Source: Felis catus
Lineage: Eukaryota
Direction of reading: 5' to 3'
NCBI RefSeq assembly: GCF_018350175.1
Contig: NC_058383.1
Location: forward strand, 23,190,001-23,254,000
Length of the DNA: 64,000 bases
The translations under genes and the position numbers were made by a program. Positions 35,535 to 49,769 of the stretch are shown here, one piece after another; within the stretch, counting starts at the first letter, position 1; each line of letters opens with the position of its first letter. A model generated the notes under the pieces. The model was not told where the DNA came from. It saw only the letters and a program-made list of their open reading frames with translations, and searched no databases.

Positions 35535-38500
35535 TATTTATTTAGTTTTTATTGAGATATAACCGGCATGTAACATTGTATCAGCTTCAAGCGTGCAACG
35601 TGACTCGCCACAGGTATACGTTGCAAAACGATCGCCGCAATGAGTCCACTTAACATCCATCTCTAACACACTGACAAAAATTTTCCCCTGATGAGACCTT
35701 CTACGGTCTGATCTCTTAGCCAGCTCTCAGATGTACAGTATTAACTGCAGTCACGTGCTGTAGCATCCCAGTCTTTTTGATTTTTGAAAAGCTAATCATC
35801 TATCCCTTCACCACCCCCCCCACCGCCACAGTCCTACGTATCTCCTTCTCTCCCCAAAGTTCTTGAAATAAAGCTCCACTTCGTCTCCTCACACTCGCCC
35901 CCAACTTGTCCCATCTGCCACCCACCCTGTGACCCCATGAGGCGGTGCTGAGTCCACCCCCAAGAGGCAATCCCAATTTTGTCCCGGTCTCGTCACATTT
36001 CTCTGTGGCATCGGAGGCGCCCACTCCCTATTTCGTGAGAAACGTGGTTTTTTTCTTGGCTTCGGGAACACTCTTTTGGTCTCCTCCGTACGTACTTCAG
36101 TTCTTTTCCCTCGGCTTACCATTTGCCTCCTCGTGTCTCAGTCGATGACTCCACGGACCACCAGGCGCCCAGGCCACCCCCACATCTGATCCAGTCTCCT
36201 CTGACACCGGCCCCAGGCGGCTCAGGACCACACAGCTTGCTCACCCAAGCTCACAGCTGCAGGGAGCAGATCCGCCCTTCTCTCCAGCGAGGCGCTAGCT
36301 TCCAGTACCCCTTCTGAGCCAGCTCGCTCTCCTGTGACCCCGGCATCCAGGAAGCGGGGCTACGCCAAGCGGTGCCAAGGCTACCAGTGATGGTACCGAG
36401 TGGTGGCTTAGGGGATCCTCACTCCCCTCGGTCTCTCAAAGACAATCTAGGTGAAAAGACACGGGGAGGGGAGCACCGCCCGAGGGCGTCTGAAACCGGC
36501 ACAGCAACTCTGCTACGAGTGCCCCACTGCCCGACACAAAGGGGGCCTCGGCACAGCCGGCCGTTCCGCCCCGCTCCTCTGGCCCGGCCACTCGCCCGCT
36601 CTGCACAGCGGCTGCTCCCGACCTTTCCCGCTCCGTGCCAACCACCAAAGCCTGCCCTTTCCTGCCCCTCTCTGCAGACAAGCTTGCACATGGCTTTGCT
36701 CTCCTGCTGCCAAACGCATGAGGTTTTCCACAGTGACCAGCCCCAGGTTGAGGCTGGAGGTGGTCTGCCCAGGGGCTTTCTGCTGCCCCTGTCCCCACCT
36801 CCACCTCCCAGTGTTCCCTGCCTGCGGTGTCCATGGAGCCTCCACCCTGCTCCACCTGTGCCCGGATCCATTTTCAGGACCTTTCAGCCCCTACCAGCTC
36901 TGAATGCTTCCCAGGCATCTGCAAACTCCCAACCAATGACTGGATGAGTCAGTGAGGTTTGTTTTTGTGTTTTTTAAACACCACACTTTATAATCTACCA
37001 CTCCAGCGTCCCGGGGCTCCTAAGTTTGGCAGGGAGAGTTGCCAGCCTGCCCCACTTCCTGCGGCGTAACATTGCCCCCTCGTGGGAGGTGAGCCAACGG
37101 CAGCTGTTGGAGTGAACCCCCTGCTGCCTCTCGGCAAGTCCCTGTTGCTCCCCTGGGAGGAATCAGCCCCGACAGGAGTCCTTTCCATTTTGTCTCCCAC
37201 ATGTGCAAGTGTCTCAGAATACATTAAGCTCCATGGCTGCAGAGGGTGAGCTGGGGCCGGCTTTCTGATCATAAGGGGGGCAAGGAAAGAAAGCAGTGGG
37301 CAGAGCGGCTGGCAATCAGCTGCTCAAATATCATCCAGACCCCTGATGTGCCCAACGCCACATGTACGATTAGTGAGTCACCAGTACTTCTGCAGGGTCC
37401 AAGGCCTGCCCAAACCGTACCAACCCGGATTCTTGTCCAGGCTGTGGTGCTCAATGGTTCAGCCCTGCTTTTCAGATCTGGAAAGCACTCAGGATGCCCC
37501 ACACGAGGCGCGGGCAGGCACTCCTAAAGCCCCAATCCTACCCCTTCCTCCCCTCAGCATCCGCCCGGGACACTTTCCCCTGGTCTTCCCATGGCTCAGT
37601 CCTTTTCATTCTCCCGTCTCTGTTCAAATGTCTCCACTCCCTAAACCCCATGGTTTCTTTCCCGCAGAGTCCTAAGCAGAATCTGTAATCATCTTGCTTA
37701 TCTGTTTGTGTATCTAATGCCTTTTTCCCCAGCTGGCCTGCAAACCCCATTGGTAAAGGGTGGTGTCGTCCTTGGTGACTGTGGTATCTTTGGTCCTTGT
37801 CACCGTGCCATCCCATCACAGGCAGCCAGAAGAGAAGGACTCATGCTGATCGAATGGAGAACATGGGTAGGAATCAAAGCCCAAATCAAGAAGACCTAAA
37901 CTCCTTAAGGAAATCTCAAGGATTTCTGTTCTAAAGAGCAGCTGGAGGTCTTGGGAAAAGGTTTCCCAAAGTGTAGTCACTTCTCACCTGTGGTGTGCAA
38001 GGGATTCGTGGGCGGAGCTTACATTTTTTTACAGGTACGTGTTTAATGTATGTTAGAAAACTGGAGGTAAGACATCACCTTTATTTCGCAGATTTCACTG
38101 CTGAGGATGAGGCTTAAATATGAGCCTTATATGAGGATGAGGCGGAAAATGTGAACTGATCTAAAGATGAATGTTAAGTAAGTGACAGTACAGATGGCAC
38201 ATGAACATGAAAAAAAAGCTCATCTTTCAATGACTAGATTTTGGGAACCTCTGGCTCAATGCAATGTTGGCAGGGCCAAAGGGAATCCAAGCCAGGGTAA
38301 TGTGGAGATATACTCAGTCGACAAATAATTATGGAGCACCTACTGTTTGCTAGCCATGTGCGATTGTGCTGAGGCATGGCTCTAAGTAAAACAGGTGAAG
38401 CATGAAGCCTCTGGTCTGGTGGAAGAGATATGGACAAATAAATACAGAATTACTACACGGGGTGAAGGAAAAGGAATTGAGTGGCTAGACATCTGAGCAG

Positions 38501-38662
38501 AAGGTCAAGAGGTGAGCATAGGCTTGGATGAAAAGACACAGGATGGGAGGGAAAGACAACAGGTTAAGAAAAACTGGGTATGGGTGAGGTAAGATTGTCC
38601 CGCAGAGAAGCTAAAAATGCTTTAGTAAATGACACTTGGTAGCAGTCAAGAGCAGACCTAAT

Positions 38663-38870
38663 GGGGGCGCCTGGGTGGCTCAGTTGGTTAAGTGTCTGAC
38701 CACAGATTTCAACTCAGGTCACGATCCAACAGGTTCGTGAGTTCCAGCCCCGCCATCGGGTTCCTCGTGCTGACAGTGTGGAGCCTGCTTAGGATTCTCT
38801 CTCTCTGCCCCTCCTGTGCACACACTCTATCTTTTTCTCTCTCTCAAAATAAATAAATAAACTAAAAAAA
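38663..38870 (+). mobile_element. Can-SINE
   Basis: TSD gagcagaccta at 38650-38660 and 38883-38893. Confidence 0.93.
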
Positions 38871-40462
38871 GAGGCTGGGGGGGAGCAGACCTAGTGACAC
38901 AGAAAATAAAAATCAGAGCACACTTGAGCTTGATCTTGAGCTTCTCAAGGAAGGGTCCACAGGATTGAACTGATGCAGGAGAAGGCAACATGGAAGGCAG
39001 AGTTGTCATAAGCAACACCAGTCTGTGATGTTACTGAAGAGGAAACCTGAAACAAACTGGACACAGCAACAGGCTGAGACTTCATTAAAGAGACATTTCT
39101 GGAGATAAAAGATGGCTATCCGGGCAGATCAAAAGCCCAGTTTAGTCTTAACGAGATAAAACCCACATCTAGGAATGCACCCATCCACCCATCATCTATC
39201 CGTACAAACACACATCAGGCTAAACATTTTAAGTTACACAAAATTGCAAAAGTTCATGAAGTATTATAGGTACCCAAAATGGATAAAGCAAACAAAATGG
39301 GTTTTTTACAAATTCAAGCCAGATGAGGACCTTGCAGCAGCACTAAATGCTAGCAAAACACAGATTATCATCCAGAGAGTTTTTCAGGGGGAAGAAAAAT
39401 TGTGACTCTCAGTACTTGGCCAATTTGCTTGTGAAGGCAAAAGCAAAGCATTACAAGATGTGCAACAGCTTGAAAGGCATTCCACCTTGCTCTCCAGAAA
39501 GTTCCTTGAAATGAAAGCAATGACCTAAGTCGTGGTGAGAAAGAATTGGAGACTCGGGAGGTAGGGCATAAAAGGGCAACCATTGGGATCAAACAAGTGC
39601 GAATCCCAGATAACCAATAAATTTAGCTCCTGTTATCATGGTTTTTCTTTAAAAGATATAAACAATAATTTATACCTCCATAAAGTTAAAAATCAGTAGT
39701 CTGACAAATCAAATCTAATATCCCAGATTAAATTAACCAAGAAGTTGGTGACAGAGGAAGGAGTGGGGGGAGCAGAATGGAAGGATATGAGGCTTTTTCC
39801 CAAAGGGCACTGCCTACTCACGTGCTGTATGAGAGCAGAGTAAAACGAACAAGTAAAAACAGGACATGGGCCTTCCAAAACATCAGAAAATAAGAAAGCA
39901 AAGCAAATGCAGCTCATATAACAAAAGAGATGGGAAAGGAAAGCCAGGGGGGAAAAAAAACAGCCAAAACTGTAGAGCCAGATGACAGAAGTGTTCAAGT
40001 AGGAACACTTGCGTTACTATTAAAAATTACTGAAAATAGGCTAAACACCACAATTTTTTGAAGTGACAACAATAAAGATTTCTCATTCTAAAATAAAACC
40101 TAGTCATATTCGTGTTTCAAGACCACCCCAGGACACAAGGACAGAAACGTTTTCTGTGAAAATGGGAGAGGTTCAGATACATCAGGGAAATGCCAGTCTA
40201 AAGAGAGACAGAGTCATGAAATTAGTACCAGGAAAAGCAGAATCCAAGCCAAAGACGTTAAATGAGACAAAGTGTGTCATTTAATGTCAATAATGGGCCC
40301 AAGTCCTAGTAGGACTGCTGCAGAACACAGTGAAGCAAGCACAGTGTTCATCTCCACTCCCTCTCGGGTCACCACTAAATTGATAACGAATGGATAAAAA
40401 ATATAAAGTCCACATATTAAGGGAAGGGTGAGGACTTGGTGGCAGACAATAGACATATTTTT

Positions 40463-40680
40463 GAAAAAAAATTTCTTAACATTCATTCATTCATTTTTTT
40501 TTTTTTTTAAGAGAGGTGGGGGGGTGTGCAGAGAGAGAGGGAGACACAGGATCTGAAGTAGGCTCCAGGCTCTGAGCTGTCAGCACAGAGCCGGGTGTGG
40601 GGCTCGAACTCACGAACCGTGAGATCATGACCTGAGCCGAACAAAGTCAGACACTTAACTGACTGAGGCACCCAGTCCCT
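40463..40680 (-). mobile_element. Can-SINE
   Basis: TSD agacatattttt at 40451 and 40682. Confidence 0.93.
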
Positions 40681-42213
40681 GAGACATATTTTTGGAAGAA
40701 GGGAGGCTGAGCGTGAGGGGTATTGGAAGAGACAGCCAAAATGTAAGGCTGTGAGGTGGGGAGGGTATCACTAATGAGAAGAAAGTGGATTCTTGCCACG
40801 GAATTTTCTGGATTTGGAGGCACCAAGAGCCTAGTGGGGCGAGAGGCACAGGCAAACATACAGTCGGTGTTAGAGGCGGTGTTAGAAGCAGCAGCCACAT
40901 TGCAGACCTCTTCCCCAGCCCTACAGCCAGGCCACTGCCCTGCTCCCGGAGGGGGCAAGATTATGCTTGGGAACCAGGAGCCAGCAGCCCCAGACGCTGG
41001 CACGGTGGAAGGGGGCGGGACGCTGGCCAGAACGTGGGCAGGCAGGCCCATCTACCCCAGGCTGACAAGCGGAAGCTCCCTGACCAGCAGAGATTTCGAG
41101 TAGTATCTACCAAAGCATAATTTATTAAAAGAAAAGCTGTCACGTCCCATTGAGATCCATTATCATTACATTTAATACAAAATCATAATTCAGCGCAGAA
41201 ATAGGTCAGAAGAAAAAATGATCATCTCAACAGATTCCAGAAAGGCGCTTAGTAAATTCAACATCCATTGCTAATCAAGAAAAAGATAATCTTCAGAAAC
41301 CAGGAAGGCTGCCTCTTTAACATGAAAAAAGGACATCCACTGGCATATTGAAGAATGAAATCATACCAACATTGAGAGCCATGGGGCAGGTATGGCTCTA
41401 AGTACCTTCCCATGTATTATCTCATTTAAACCTCACCACAGCATCACCAGGTAGGTATTTGTATTAATCTTATTATTCATGTAAAGAAATTTGGCACAGA
41501 GAAGTAACCTGCCCAAAGACCCAAGGCACTGACTGGTGAAGCCAGGATATAAACCCCGGCATTTGAATCTAGTGACTCTGTGCTGGTGACCCACAGACTG
41601 TGAGTCTCATTAAAGTTAGGCAAGAGAAAGATGCCTGCTAACACAATTAATATTTAATATTGTTCTATAATTTATAGACAGTTCAATTAAAACGTTAATA
41701 AATGGAGAGATGGGAAGTCATAATGTTAGAAAGACATCCATTCTTCTCAAATTAATCTATAAATCAAATGTAATAGCAATCTAAATCCCAAGGGGATTTA
41801 AAAAATTGAATTTGACATTACAATTACCAAGTTTCTTTTGGATGAATAAATTAAAGATAAGAGCTAATGCATTGTGCTGGAAGGAAAAATCATGGGCAGG
41901 AAACTCAATGCCATACAGTATATATTATGAAGCTGTACTAATTAAAACAGTGTGGTTCTGGCTTGTGAATAGGCAAATGGATGAACAGAATCCGAAATCA
42001 GAAATAAGCAACGCAGTAAAGGTGGCATTTCAAGTCAGCTGGGAAATTACGGTTCATGGGAACACTGTGGGGGCAATCAGCGAATCGTCTGGGAAAAAAT
42101 GGAATCAGGTTTCTTCATTTACACCTACACCAGGGTGAATTCAGGATCAATGAAGTAATTCAAAGGGAAAAAGAAAACAACACTGCCAGGGATGAAAATA
42201 TCAGTAATATGCA

Positions 42214-42428
42214 GGGGCGCCTGGGTGGCTGAGTCGATTAAGTGTCCGACTCCTGGTTTTGGCTCAGGTCGTGATCTCATGGTTCACAAGATCAAGCCCT
42301 GCCATCAGGCTCTATGCTGGCAGCACAGAGCCTGCTTGGGATTCTTTCTCTCCCTCTCTCTCTCTCTCTCTGCCCCTCCTCTGCTCATCCTCTCTCTGTC
42401 AAAATAAATAAATAAACATTAAAAAAAA
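42214..42428 (+). mobile_element. Can-SINE
   Basis: Head ggggcgcctgggtggct; TSD atcagtaa(a)tatg. Confidence 0.95.
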
Positions 42429-43622
42429 TCAGTAAATATGTGTATATTGAGAACTGGGAAGGCTTTATACCCATAATACCAAAGGAAGAAAGCAAAGAAA
42501 AAGACTTTAATATGACCACATAAAAATTTTAAGGTTTTGGGAGACAAAAAAAAGTCACCATAAGGGGAAATAAAATGCAAAGGAATAAATGTGTTCTGTA
42601 TATAACAGATAAATATTTAATACCTTTAATAAATAGAGTTTTATAAATCAGTAAGGAAAACACCCTACTAGAAAACGGAGCAAAAGGCACAATTCCTGAA
42701 AGAAGACATAAAATTGGAGAAATATTAAAATTCATCAGGTATCAAAGAAATCCAAATTCAATCCAAAGAAGATAGCATTTTGACCTATCACAAAATTAAG
42801 AATTATTTAGTGTTAGCCACAGTGAGCAGAAATATGCATCTCGTACAATGCTAGGATTGCAAATAAGTTTAAATTTTATGGAAGGCACTCTTTAGAATTT
42901 ATCTGATCAAAATGTTAAGGTATTTACAGGCAGATATGTATTTTAAGGATGTGCAACATGGTATCATCTGTTTACAGTGGTAAAATGTAAAACTGGAAAC
43001 ACCCTAAATGTTATGCAATATTATGCTGGTTGAAATGGTGGTATACGCGTTTATGTTTAATGAAATGCTACGCTTACGCTGTGATTATATATAATGTTTC
43101 AGAAAATAAGACATGGGGAAAAGACATGGAGCTGGTTTTAAAGCGGTAGGTAAGACAAAGAAGTTAGAAAATACTACATACACATGATAGCTGTCTCCCC
43201 GTGCGTGTGCACGCGTGCATACTGGGATATTAAAAGGAAGGGCACAGTTATTACCCCATGATATTCTGGTATTCTCTACTCCCAACTAAATGTAAAAATA
43301 CATGACCTGCCGTTTGGGATGACTTTTCCTGAAAGATGTGCAGAACAAGCCTGTTCTTTGATATTCATAGAAAACCCATCCCCACTTTGCTCCCAAAGCA
43401 TTTACGAAATTTAAATAAGAAAATGCAGTATAGAGCAAGAGTCCAATTCAGCCAAATAACTTATAACAGTAACTTCAAAATGAAAATAAGGAGTAGAGGC
43501 ATGGACTATACTGGATGACACAGAAGAATATCAGGGTGGGCCTCCAGGAAGGGAAACTGAAGGGCTAAGGGCTGGGAGGTAACTCATTTTCCATTACATA
43601 TCTTTTTTTTGTATCCTTTGAC

Positions 43623-43814
43623 TTTTTTAATTTAATTTTTTTTTTTGGCGGGGTGGCGGGGGCAGAGAGAGAGAGGGAGACATAGAATCCGAAGCAGGCT
43701 CCAGGCTCTGAGCTGTCAGCACAGAGCTCGATGTGGGGCTCGAACTCACGAACCATGAGATCATGACCTGAGCTGAAGTCGGACGCTTAACTGACTGAGC
43801 CACCCAGGCGCCCC
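43623..43814 (-). mobile_element. Can-SINE
   Basis: Near-consensus body ending gccacccaggcgcccc. Confidence 0.95.
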
Positions 43815-43869
43815 TGATGTTTTTTGTCAAATGCATTTTTTTTCCCAATGAAGAGTGCAGAAGAGGAAA

Positions 43870-44100
43870 AATACAGGCTTTGGAGCCAGGCATGTCTAAG
43901 TTTGAATCTCCGTTTTGCCACTCACTCATGTACAGCTCTGGGCAAGTCACTAACCTCTCTCTGAGCCTCAGCTTTCCCATTAAAGGGGGAGAAAATAAAA
44001 CTTGGTCGCAGGATTGTGCAAAGGATTGGAGATGATGCACGGCAATGTGCCAGTGTGTTGGCCTGGTGCATAGTAGGTGCTTGCTAGTTGTAGTTATTAA
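43870..44100 (+). mobile_element. MIR
   Basis: ggctttggagccag...ctgggcaagtcactaacctctctctgagcctcagctttcc...cctggtgcatagtaggtgc. Confidence 0.8.
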
Positions 44101-45509
44101 GGTGAATCTCGTACCTACCTGAGACTGTAGGGAGAGCCGGAGAAGAATCTAATTATCCATGCTGGAACAAAGCCAGGATACCTGAGTCTTGCAAAACATG
44201 CTGTTGAATGTTCAATCAAGATATATAAGTACACACAGCCGCGGAACATACCCAGTGCCTTCCCCCAGGATTTGGGAAGTAAAATGCATTTTACCATGGT
44301 ACATCTGCTCGTTTTTTAAAATTCCACAACTAATTAACCAGAATCCTCATCAGCAATCTCCTTGTGGATTAACGAAACATGTCAGCAAACCCTGGCCCTT
44401 TTCTGTTAAACACAGGCGATTTCTTCTACCCACTAGTGCCGCCAGCAAGATGCCGAATGCCTGGGGATTTGAACAGAAAACAAAATCCAACTTTTACTAA
44501 ACTCACTGGAAGACATGTCTCGTGCCATAGGTCATTGTGATAGCTCCTTAAAATTAGGAAGGCACAATAACTTAGCAATTAAATCCCCAGACTCTGGAGT
44601 CTGATTGAGATGACTTCTAATTGATCACCTCTTAACTGAGAAGTCACTGACGCTGAAGTTACTTGACGCTCTGTAAGGCTCAGTTTTCTCATCTGTGAGA
44701 TGGGGCCAATTATGGTACTTCCCTCGTAGGATTATTCTAATAATTAAAGGTAAAGATGGCTAGGAATTAAATGTATACCATTAATTAAATTAATGGTGCT
44801 GGGCAAGGCTTCAAAAACATGTTAACAAAACAGAAATATGTGCTTTTGCATTAGAAGATCCAGAGGCAGGGTAGTGTCCTCATGAATGCAATGGAGAGAA
44901 AGATGTATGACGTATCTACAAAAAGATGTACGTAGCTTTTCGACACGATGTATGTAGCTGTGCTCTCTTTAAGGAACTCTGTAAATAAATATCTCCAAGA
45001 CAAAAAGGAAAGAAAACTGTTTAAGGTATGATTCCACTATAAGAAAGTCATTTCCTGAAACTAATGTAATACTGTGTGTCACTATACTTCAATAAAAAAC
45101 AAAAACACAAACATTTCAATGGTTTCAAGGGGGAAAAATAAGGCTATGCTCCTTTAAGAATAAAACCCCTTTAGAAAACCCCAAAGTCTGGCTATTATTG
45201 TGATTATCTAATGGGATCGCTCATATATCAACATTTTCAAGGGATGGGATGTCATATAGATGTGATTGTTATTTAACTCTACACACTTATTAGAAAAGTA
45301 ATTTACTGATTAGTCAGGAGGTCAAAGGAGAGATGTCAGAAGCTTTTTTTTCCTTTCTGATTATATAAGACTGTCTTCAGGGAGACATAGGTTTTTCCTT
45401 ATAATACTAAGAATCTTGAAATGGAAGAAGGTAGGCACTATTTAACTGTTATATCTTCAAACCAAACCTAATAATAGTCATTGCTCCAAAGGCAGCTCTT
45501 TAGTCTGAT

Positions 45510-45741
45510 TTATTTTTACTTACTTTTATTTTATTATTTTTTAATGTTTATTTATTTTTGAGAGACACATAGAATATGACGAGGGGAGGGTCAGAGAGTG
45601 AGGGAGACACAGATTCCGAAGCAGGCTCCAGGCTCCGAGCTGTCAGCACAGAGTCTGATGCAGGACTCGAACTCACGGACTGTGAGATCATGACCTGAGC
45701 TGAAGTCCGACGCTTAACTGACTGAGCCACCCAGGAGCTCC
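45510..45741 (-). mobile_element. Can-SINE (SINEC_Fc-like)
   Basis: Full body with AT-rich tail. Confidence 0.95.
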
Positions 45742-45791
45742 ATGTTTTATTTTTATTTTTAAAGAAATATTTTTGTCAAAAGTCCATCATT

Positions 45792-46606
45792 ACGCAACTG
45801 GGAGCCTTTCCCGTACAGTCAGGAATGAGACAAGGATGTCCACTCTCACCAATTCATTTCAACATAGTACTGAAGTCCTAGCCACAGAAATAAGGCAACA
45901 AAAAAGAAATAAAAGGTATCCAAATTGGTAAGAAAAAATAAAATTTTTACTATTTGCAGATGACATGAAACTATATAGAGAAAACCCGAAGGACTCCACC
46001 AAAACACTGCTAGAACTGATAAAGGAATTGAGTGAAGTCGCAGGATACAAAATCTGTCTACAGAAATCTGTTGCATTTCTACACACCAATAATGAAGCAG
46101 CAGAAAGAGAAATTCACAATCCCATTTACAACTGCACCAAAAATAATAAGCTACCTAGGGATAAACCTAACCAAAGAGATGAAGACCTGTACTCTGAGAC
46201 ACTCCATGCTCATGAATTGGAAGAACAAATACTGTTAAAACGTCAATACTACCCAAAGCTATCTACACATTCAATGCAATCCCAATCAAAAGTGCACCAG
46301 CATTCTTCTCCAAGCTAGAACAAACAATCCTAAAATTTGTATGGAACCACAAAAGACCCTGAATAGCCAAAGCAACCTTGAAAAAGAAAAGCAGAGCTGG
46401 AGGCATCACAATTCCACACCTGAAGGAACACCACAAAATTGTAGTAATCGGAGGCGTATGGGTGGCTCAGTTGAGCGTATGACTCTTGATTTGGGCTCAG
46501 GTCACAGTGCCAGGGTCATGGGATTTGAGCCCCGTGTTGGGCTCCACGCTGAGCATGGAGCCTGTTGGGATTCTCTCTCTCTCCCTCCCCACCCCCCTCA
46601 CTTGTA

Positions 46607-46639
<33 letters not shown>

Positions 46640-48106
46640 AAAACGAAAATTTTAATTTAAAAAAACCTGTAGTAATTAAAACAGTATGGTGCTGGCACAA
46701 AAATAGACACATAGATCAACTAGAAAAGCCAGAAATTAACCCACATTTATATGGTCAATTAATCTTTGACAAAGCAGGAAAGACTAATGGAAAAAGACAG
46801 TCTCTTCAACAAATGAAGTTGGGAAAACTGGATAACTATATGTGAAAACATGAAACTGGACCACTTTCTGACACCATACACAAAAACAAATTCAAAATGG
46901 ATGAAAGACCTAAATGTGAGACCTGAAATCCATAAAAACCCTAGAAGAGAGCACAGGCAGTAATTTCTCTGATATTGGCCATCACAAAATTTTTCTAGCT
47001 TTGCCTCCTGAGGCAAGGGGAATAAAAGCAAAAATAAACTATTGGGACTACATTAAAATAAAATCTGCACAGCAAAGCAAACAATCAACAAAACTGAAAG
47101 GCAACCTACAGAATGGGAGAAGACACTTGCAAATGACATATCTGACAAAGGGTTAGTATCCAAAAAATATAAAGAACTGATGCAACACCCAAAAGACGAT
47201 CCAATTAAAAATGGGCACAAGATATGAACAGACATTTCTCCAAAGAAGATGTAAAAATGGCCAACAGGCACATGAAAAGATGCTCACCATCACTCATCAG
47301 CAGGGAAATGTAAATCAAACCACACTGAGATATCACCTCACACCTGTCAGAATGGCTAAAACCAAAAACACAAGAAACAAGTGTTGGTGAGTATATAGAG
47401 AAAGAGGTACTCTCATGCCCTGATGGTGGGAATGCAAACTGGTGCAGCCACTCTGAAAAACAGTACGGAGGTTTCTCAAAAAGTTAAAAATAGAACTACC
47501 CTATGATCCAGCAATCGCACTACTGGGTTATCTACCCCCAAAATACAAAACCACCAGTTCAAAGGGATATATGGATCCCTATGTTTATAGCAGCATTATT
47601 TACAATAACCGTTTAATGGAAGCAGCCCAAGTGTCCATCAATAGATGAACAGATAAAGAAGATGTGATGTGTGTATATGTACAATATATATAACATATAA
47701 TATATAATAATATTAATATATGTATTACATGGAATATTGACCAAAAAGGAATAAAATCTTGCCATTTGTAGCAACACGGTTGGAGCTGGAATATAATGCT
47801 ATGAGAAACAAGAGAAAGAAATACCATATGATTTCATTCATATGTGGAATTTAAGAAACAAAAGAAATGAGCCAAGGAAAAAAGAGAAAGACAAATCAAG
47901 AAACAGACTCTTAACTATAGAGAACAAAGTGACGGTTATCAGAGGGGGAGGTGGGTGGGCAATGGGTGAAACAGGTGATGTGGATTAAAGAGTGCATCTT
48001 TCATGATGAGCACCGGGTGATGTATGAGGTATTAAATCAGTATGTTATACACTTGAAACTAACACTGTATGTTAACCACACTGGAATTAAAATAACTTAA
48101 TTTTTA
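45792..48106 (+). mobile_element. 5'-truncated carnivore L1 (ORF2 RT and C-terminus plus 3' UTR), disabled
   Basis: agacaaggatgtccactctcacca (RQGCPLSP), ctatttgcagatgacatg (LFADDM), frameshifted ORF2 pieces in the ORF track; TSD aaaagtcca(tc/ct)att at 45778-45791 and 48107-48120. Confidence 0.93.
46450..46663 (+). mobile_element. Can-SINE nested in the L1
   Basis: TSD tgtagtaat at 46440-46448 and 46668-46676. Confidence 0.9.
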
Positions 48107-48368
48107 AAAAGTCCACTATTTCCCAGGAAAGGATTATAGGCAATTCCCCAAATCCCAGGTCTTATCCCACCTCCTAGTTATGGCAAAAATAAAAACAAAA
48201 ACCTGTCAAATGTGTAAAGCAAGACCCCAAGGAAAATGTTTCGGTGTAATAAACCCTCAGGCCTGAGTGGCGGTCCAGTGTCCCCCACTTAGACGTGAAG
48301 GCACACGGAGCAAGTCGGGAGGGCTGACTCAGTCTCCACACATATGAAATGGAGAAAGTAATGTATTT

Positions 48369-48829
48369 CTGAGATGGCCGGATAATTTTATGTGTCAGTT
48401 TGACTGGGGTATGGGAGGCTCAGCTAGCTGGTTAAACATTATTTCTGGAGGTGTCTGTGAGGGTGCTTCTGGAAGACATTAGCATTTGAATGCAGAGGAA
48501 ATTCTGAGTAGAGATCCACCCTCACCGACGTGGGCAGGCATCATCCTATCTGGAATAAAAAGGCAAAGGAAGGGTCAGTTGGCTCTCTGTTCACGAGCCG
48601 GGATGTCCAGCTTCTCTTGCCTTCGGACACTGGGGCCCCTGGTTCTCAGGCCTTCAGACTCAGACCGAATTCACCACCTGCTTCCCCGGTTCTCCAGTTT
48701 GCAGGCAGCAGATTGTGGGACTTCTCAGCCTCCATAACCGTGTGAGCCAATTCCCATAATAAATCTCCTCTTATATATAATCTATATATATCCTATTGGT
48801 TGTTTCTCTGGAGAACCCTGACAAATACA
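48369..48829 (+). mobile_element. ERVL solo LTR (MLT2B-like)
   Basis: taattttatgtgtcagtttgactgg...tgtgagccaattcccataataaatctcc...tctctggagaaccctgacaaataca. Confidence 0.85.
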
Positions 48830-49769
48830 ATTTCTTACAGGGCTTCTGTGAGGATTAAATAAAATGTATATAAAATGTTAGCGCAGTGCCCTGCATCTGA
48901 ACAATGCAATAATGCTCCGCTCAGCCTCCCTTTCTACTTGTTATCATTGCCACTATGTTTGATTTTGGTTGTAAATTTATCCAAATTTTTAAGTCAGAAG
49001 TTTTCATTGTTCTCTGTGCTTCCTTCTTTGGTTTATTTTCAGAAATGTGTGCGTATGTGTGTGTGTGTCTCCAGGTTTTTTTTGTATTTGTGTTTTTGTT
49101 ACTCTTATTTGTATTTTGCGGTTGGTTTCATCTTTGCATATTGTTTTTGTATGGTATTTAAGGTTGGCACATCTATGTGTGCCTAGGGCATAAAGGAAGA
49201 TGGTTTGATCTTGATTTTCATGATGCAATGGTTATAGTTTCATCAATTTCTTCCTTCAGTAGTCATTGAGAAGTTAACTTGTTGGTGCTGTGCGCTGTCC
49301 TTGGTGCTGAGAGCAAAATTTTTGCCTTAATTACAGGGCTCATATTCTAGCTAAAGAACAATGAGAAATGCCGAAGGTGAACATACACTGAACGTGTGAT
49401 GAGGGCAAGTGAGGAGGCGACGTGTGACTCTACTCCAGGGAGTGCAAGGGTGAGAAGACTTCTCATAGAGAAAATGTTGAACTTGAAAAGCTAAGAATTT
49501 GCCCAATGGGCCAAGGGAAGGGAAAGCATTAGGTGCAAGCATGGGATGTGAGTAAGCATGTGGCTTTCTAGGGAAACAGAGCCCAGGGTGGCAAGCATGA
49601 AAGGTGAGTATGATCCAGTGGGGTGGAAAATTCAGGTAGGGGCCAAACAGAGGGGTGCTTTTCATGGCATCCTTTAGAGTCTGACCTTATGTGGTAGTTG
49701 ATGGGTAGCAATTTTCAGAGTGACGGCATGACTTTACCATAATCAGATCCATACTTGAGAATGGAGCCC

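Larger units (their letters stand above)
39000..43620 (+). mobile_element. Highly decayed old L1 fragments with nested SINE/MIR insertions
   Basis: A-rich + strand; aaaatgatcatctcaacagattccagaaaggc (MIISIDAEKAF-like) near 41215; attatgaagctgtactaattaaaacagtgtggttctggc near 41925. Confidence 0.6.

Noticed and set aside
36372..36947. Overlapping 110-191 aa ORFs on both strands
   Set aside because: Expected from high GC content and stop-codon scarcity; Pro/Arg/Gly-rich with no domain
44777..44960. AT-rich palindrome (44777-44797) and three loose gatgta.gtagct copies (44902-44959)
   Set aside because: Short and low-complexity; consistent with local slippage
45846..47830. RT-like ORFs
   Set aside because: Frameshifted fragments of a truncated L1 ORF2
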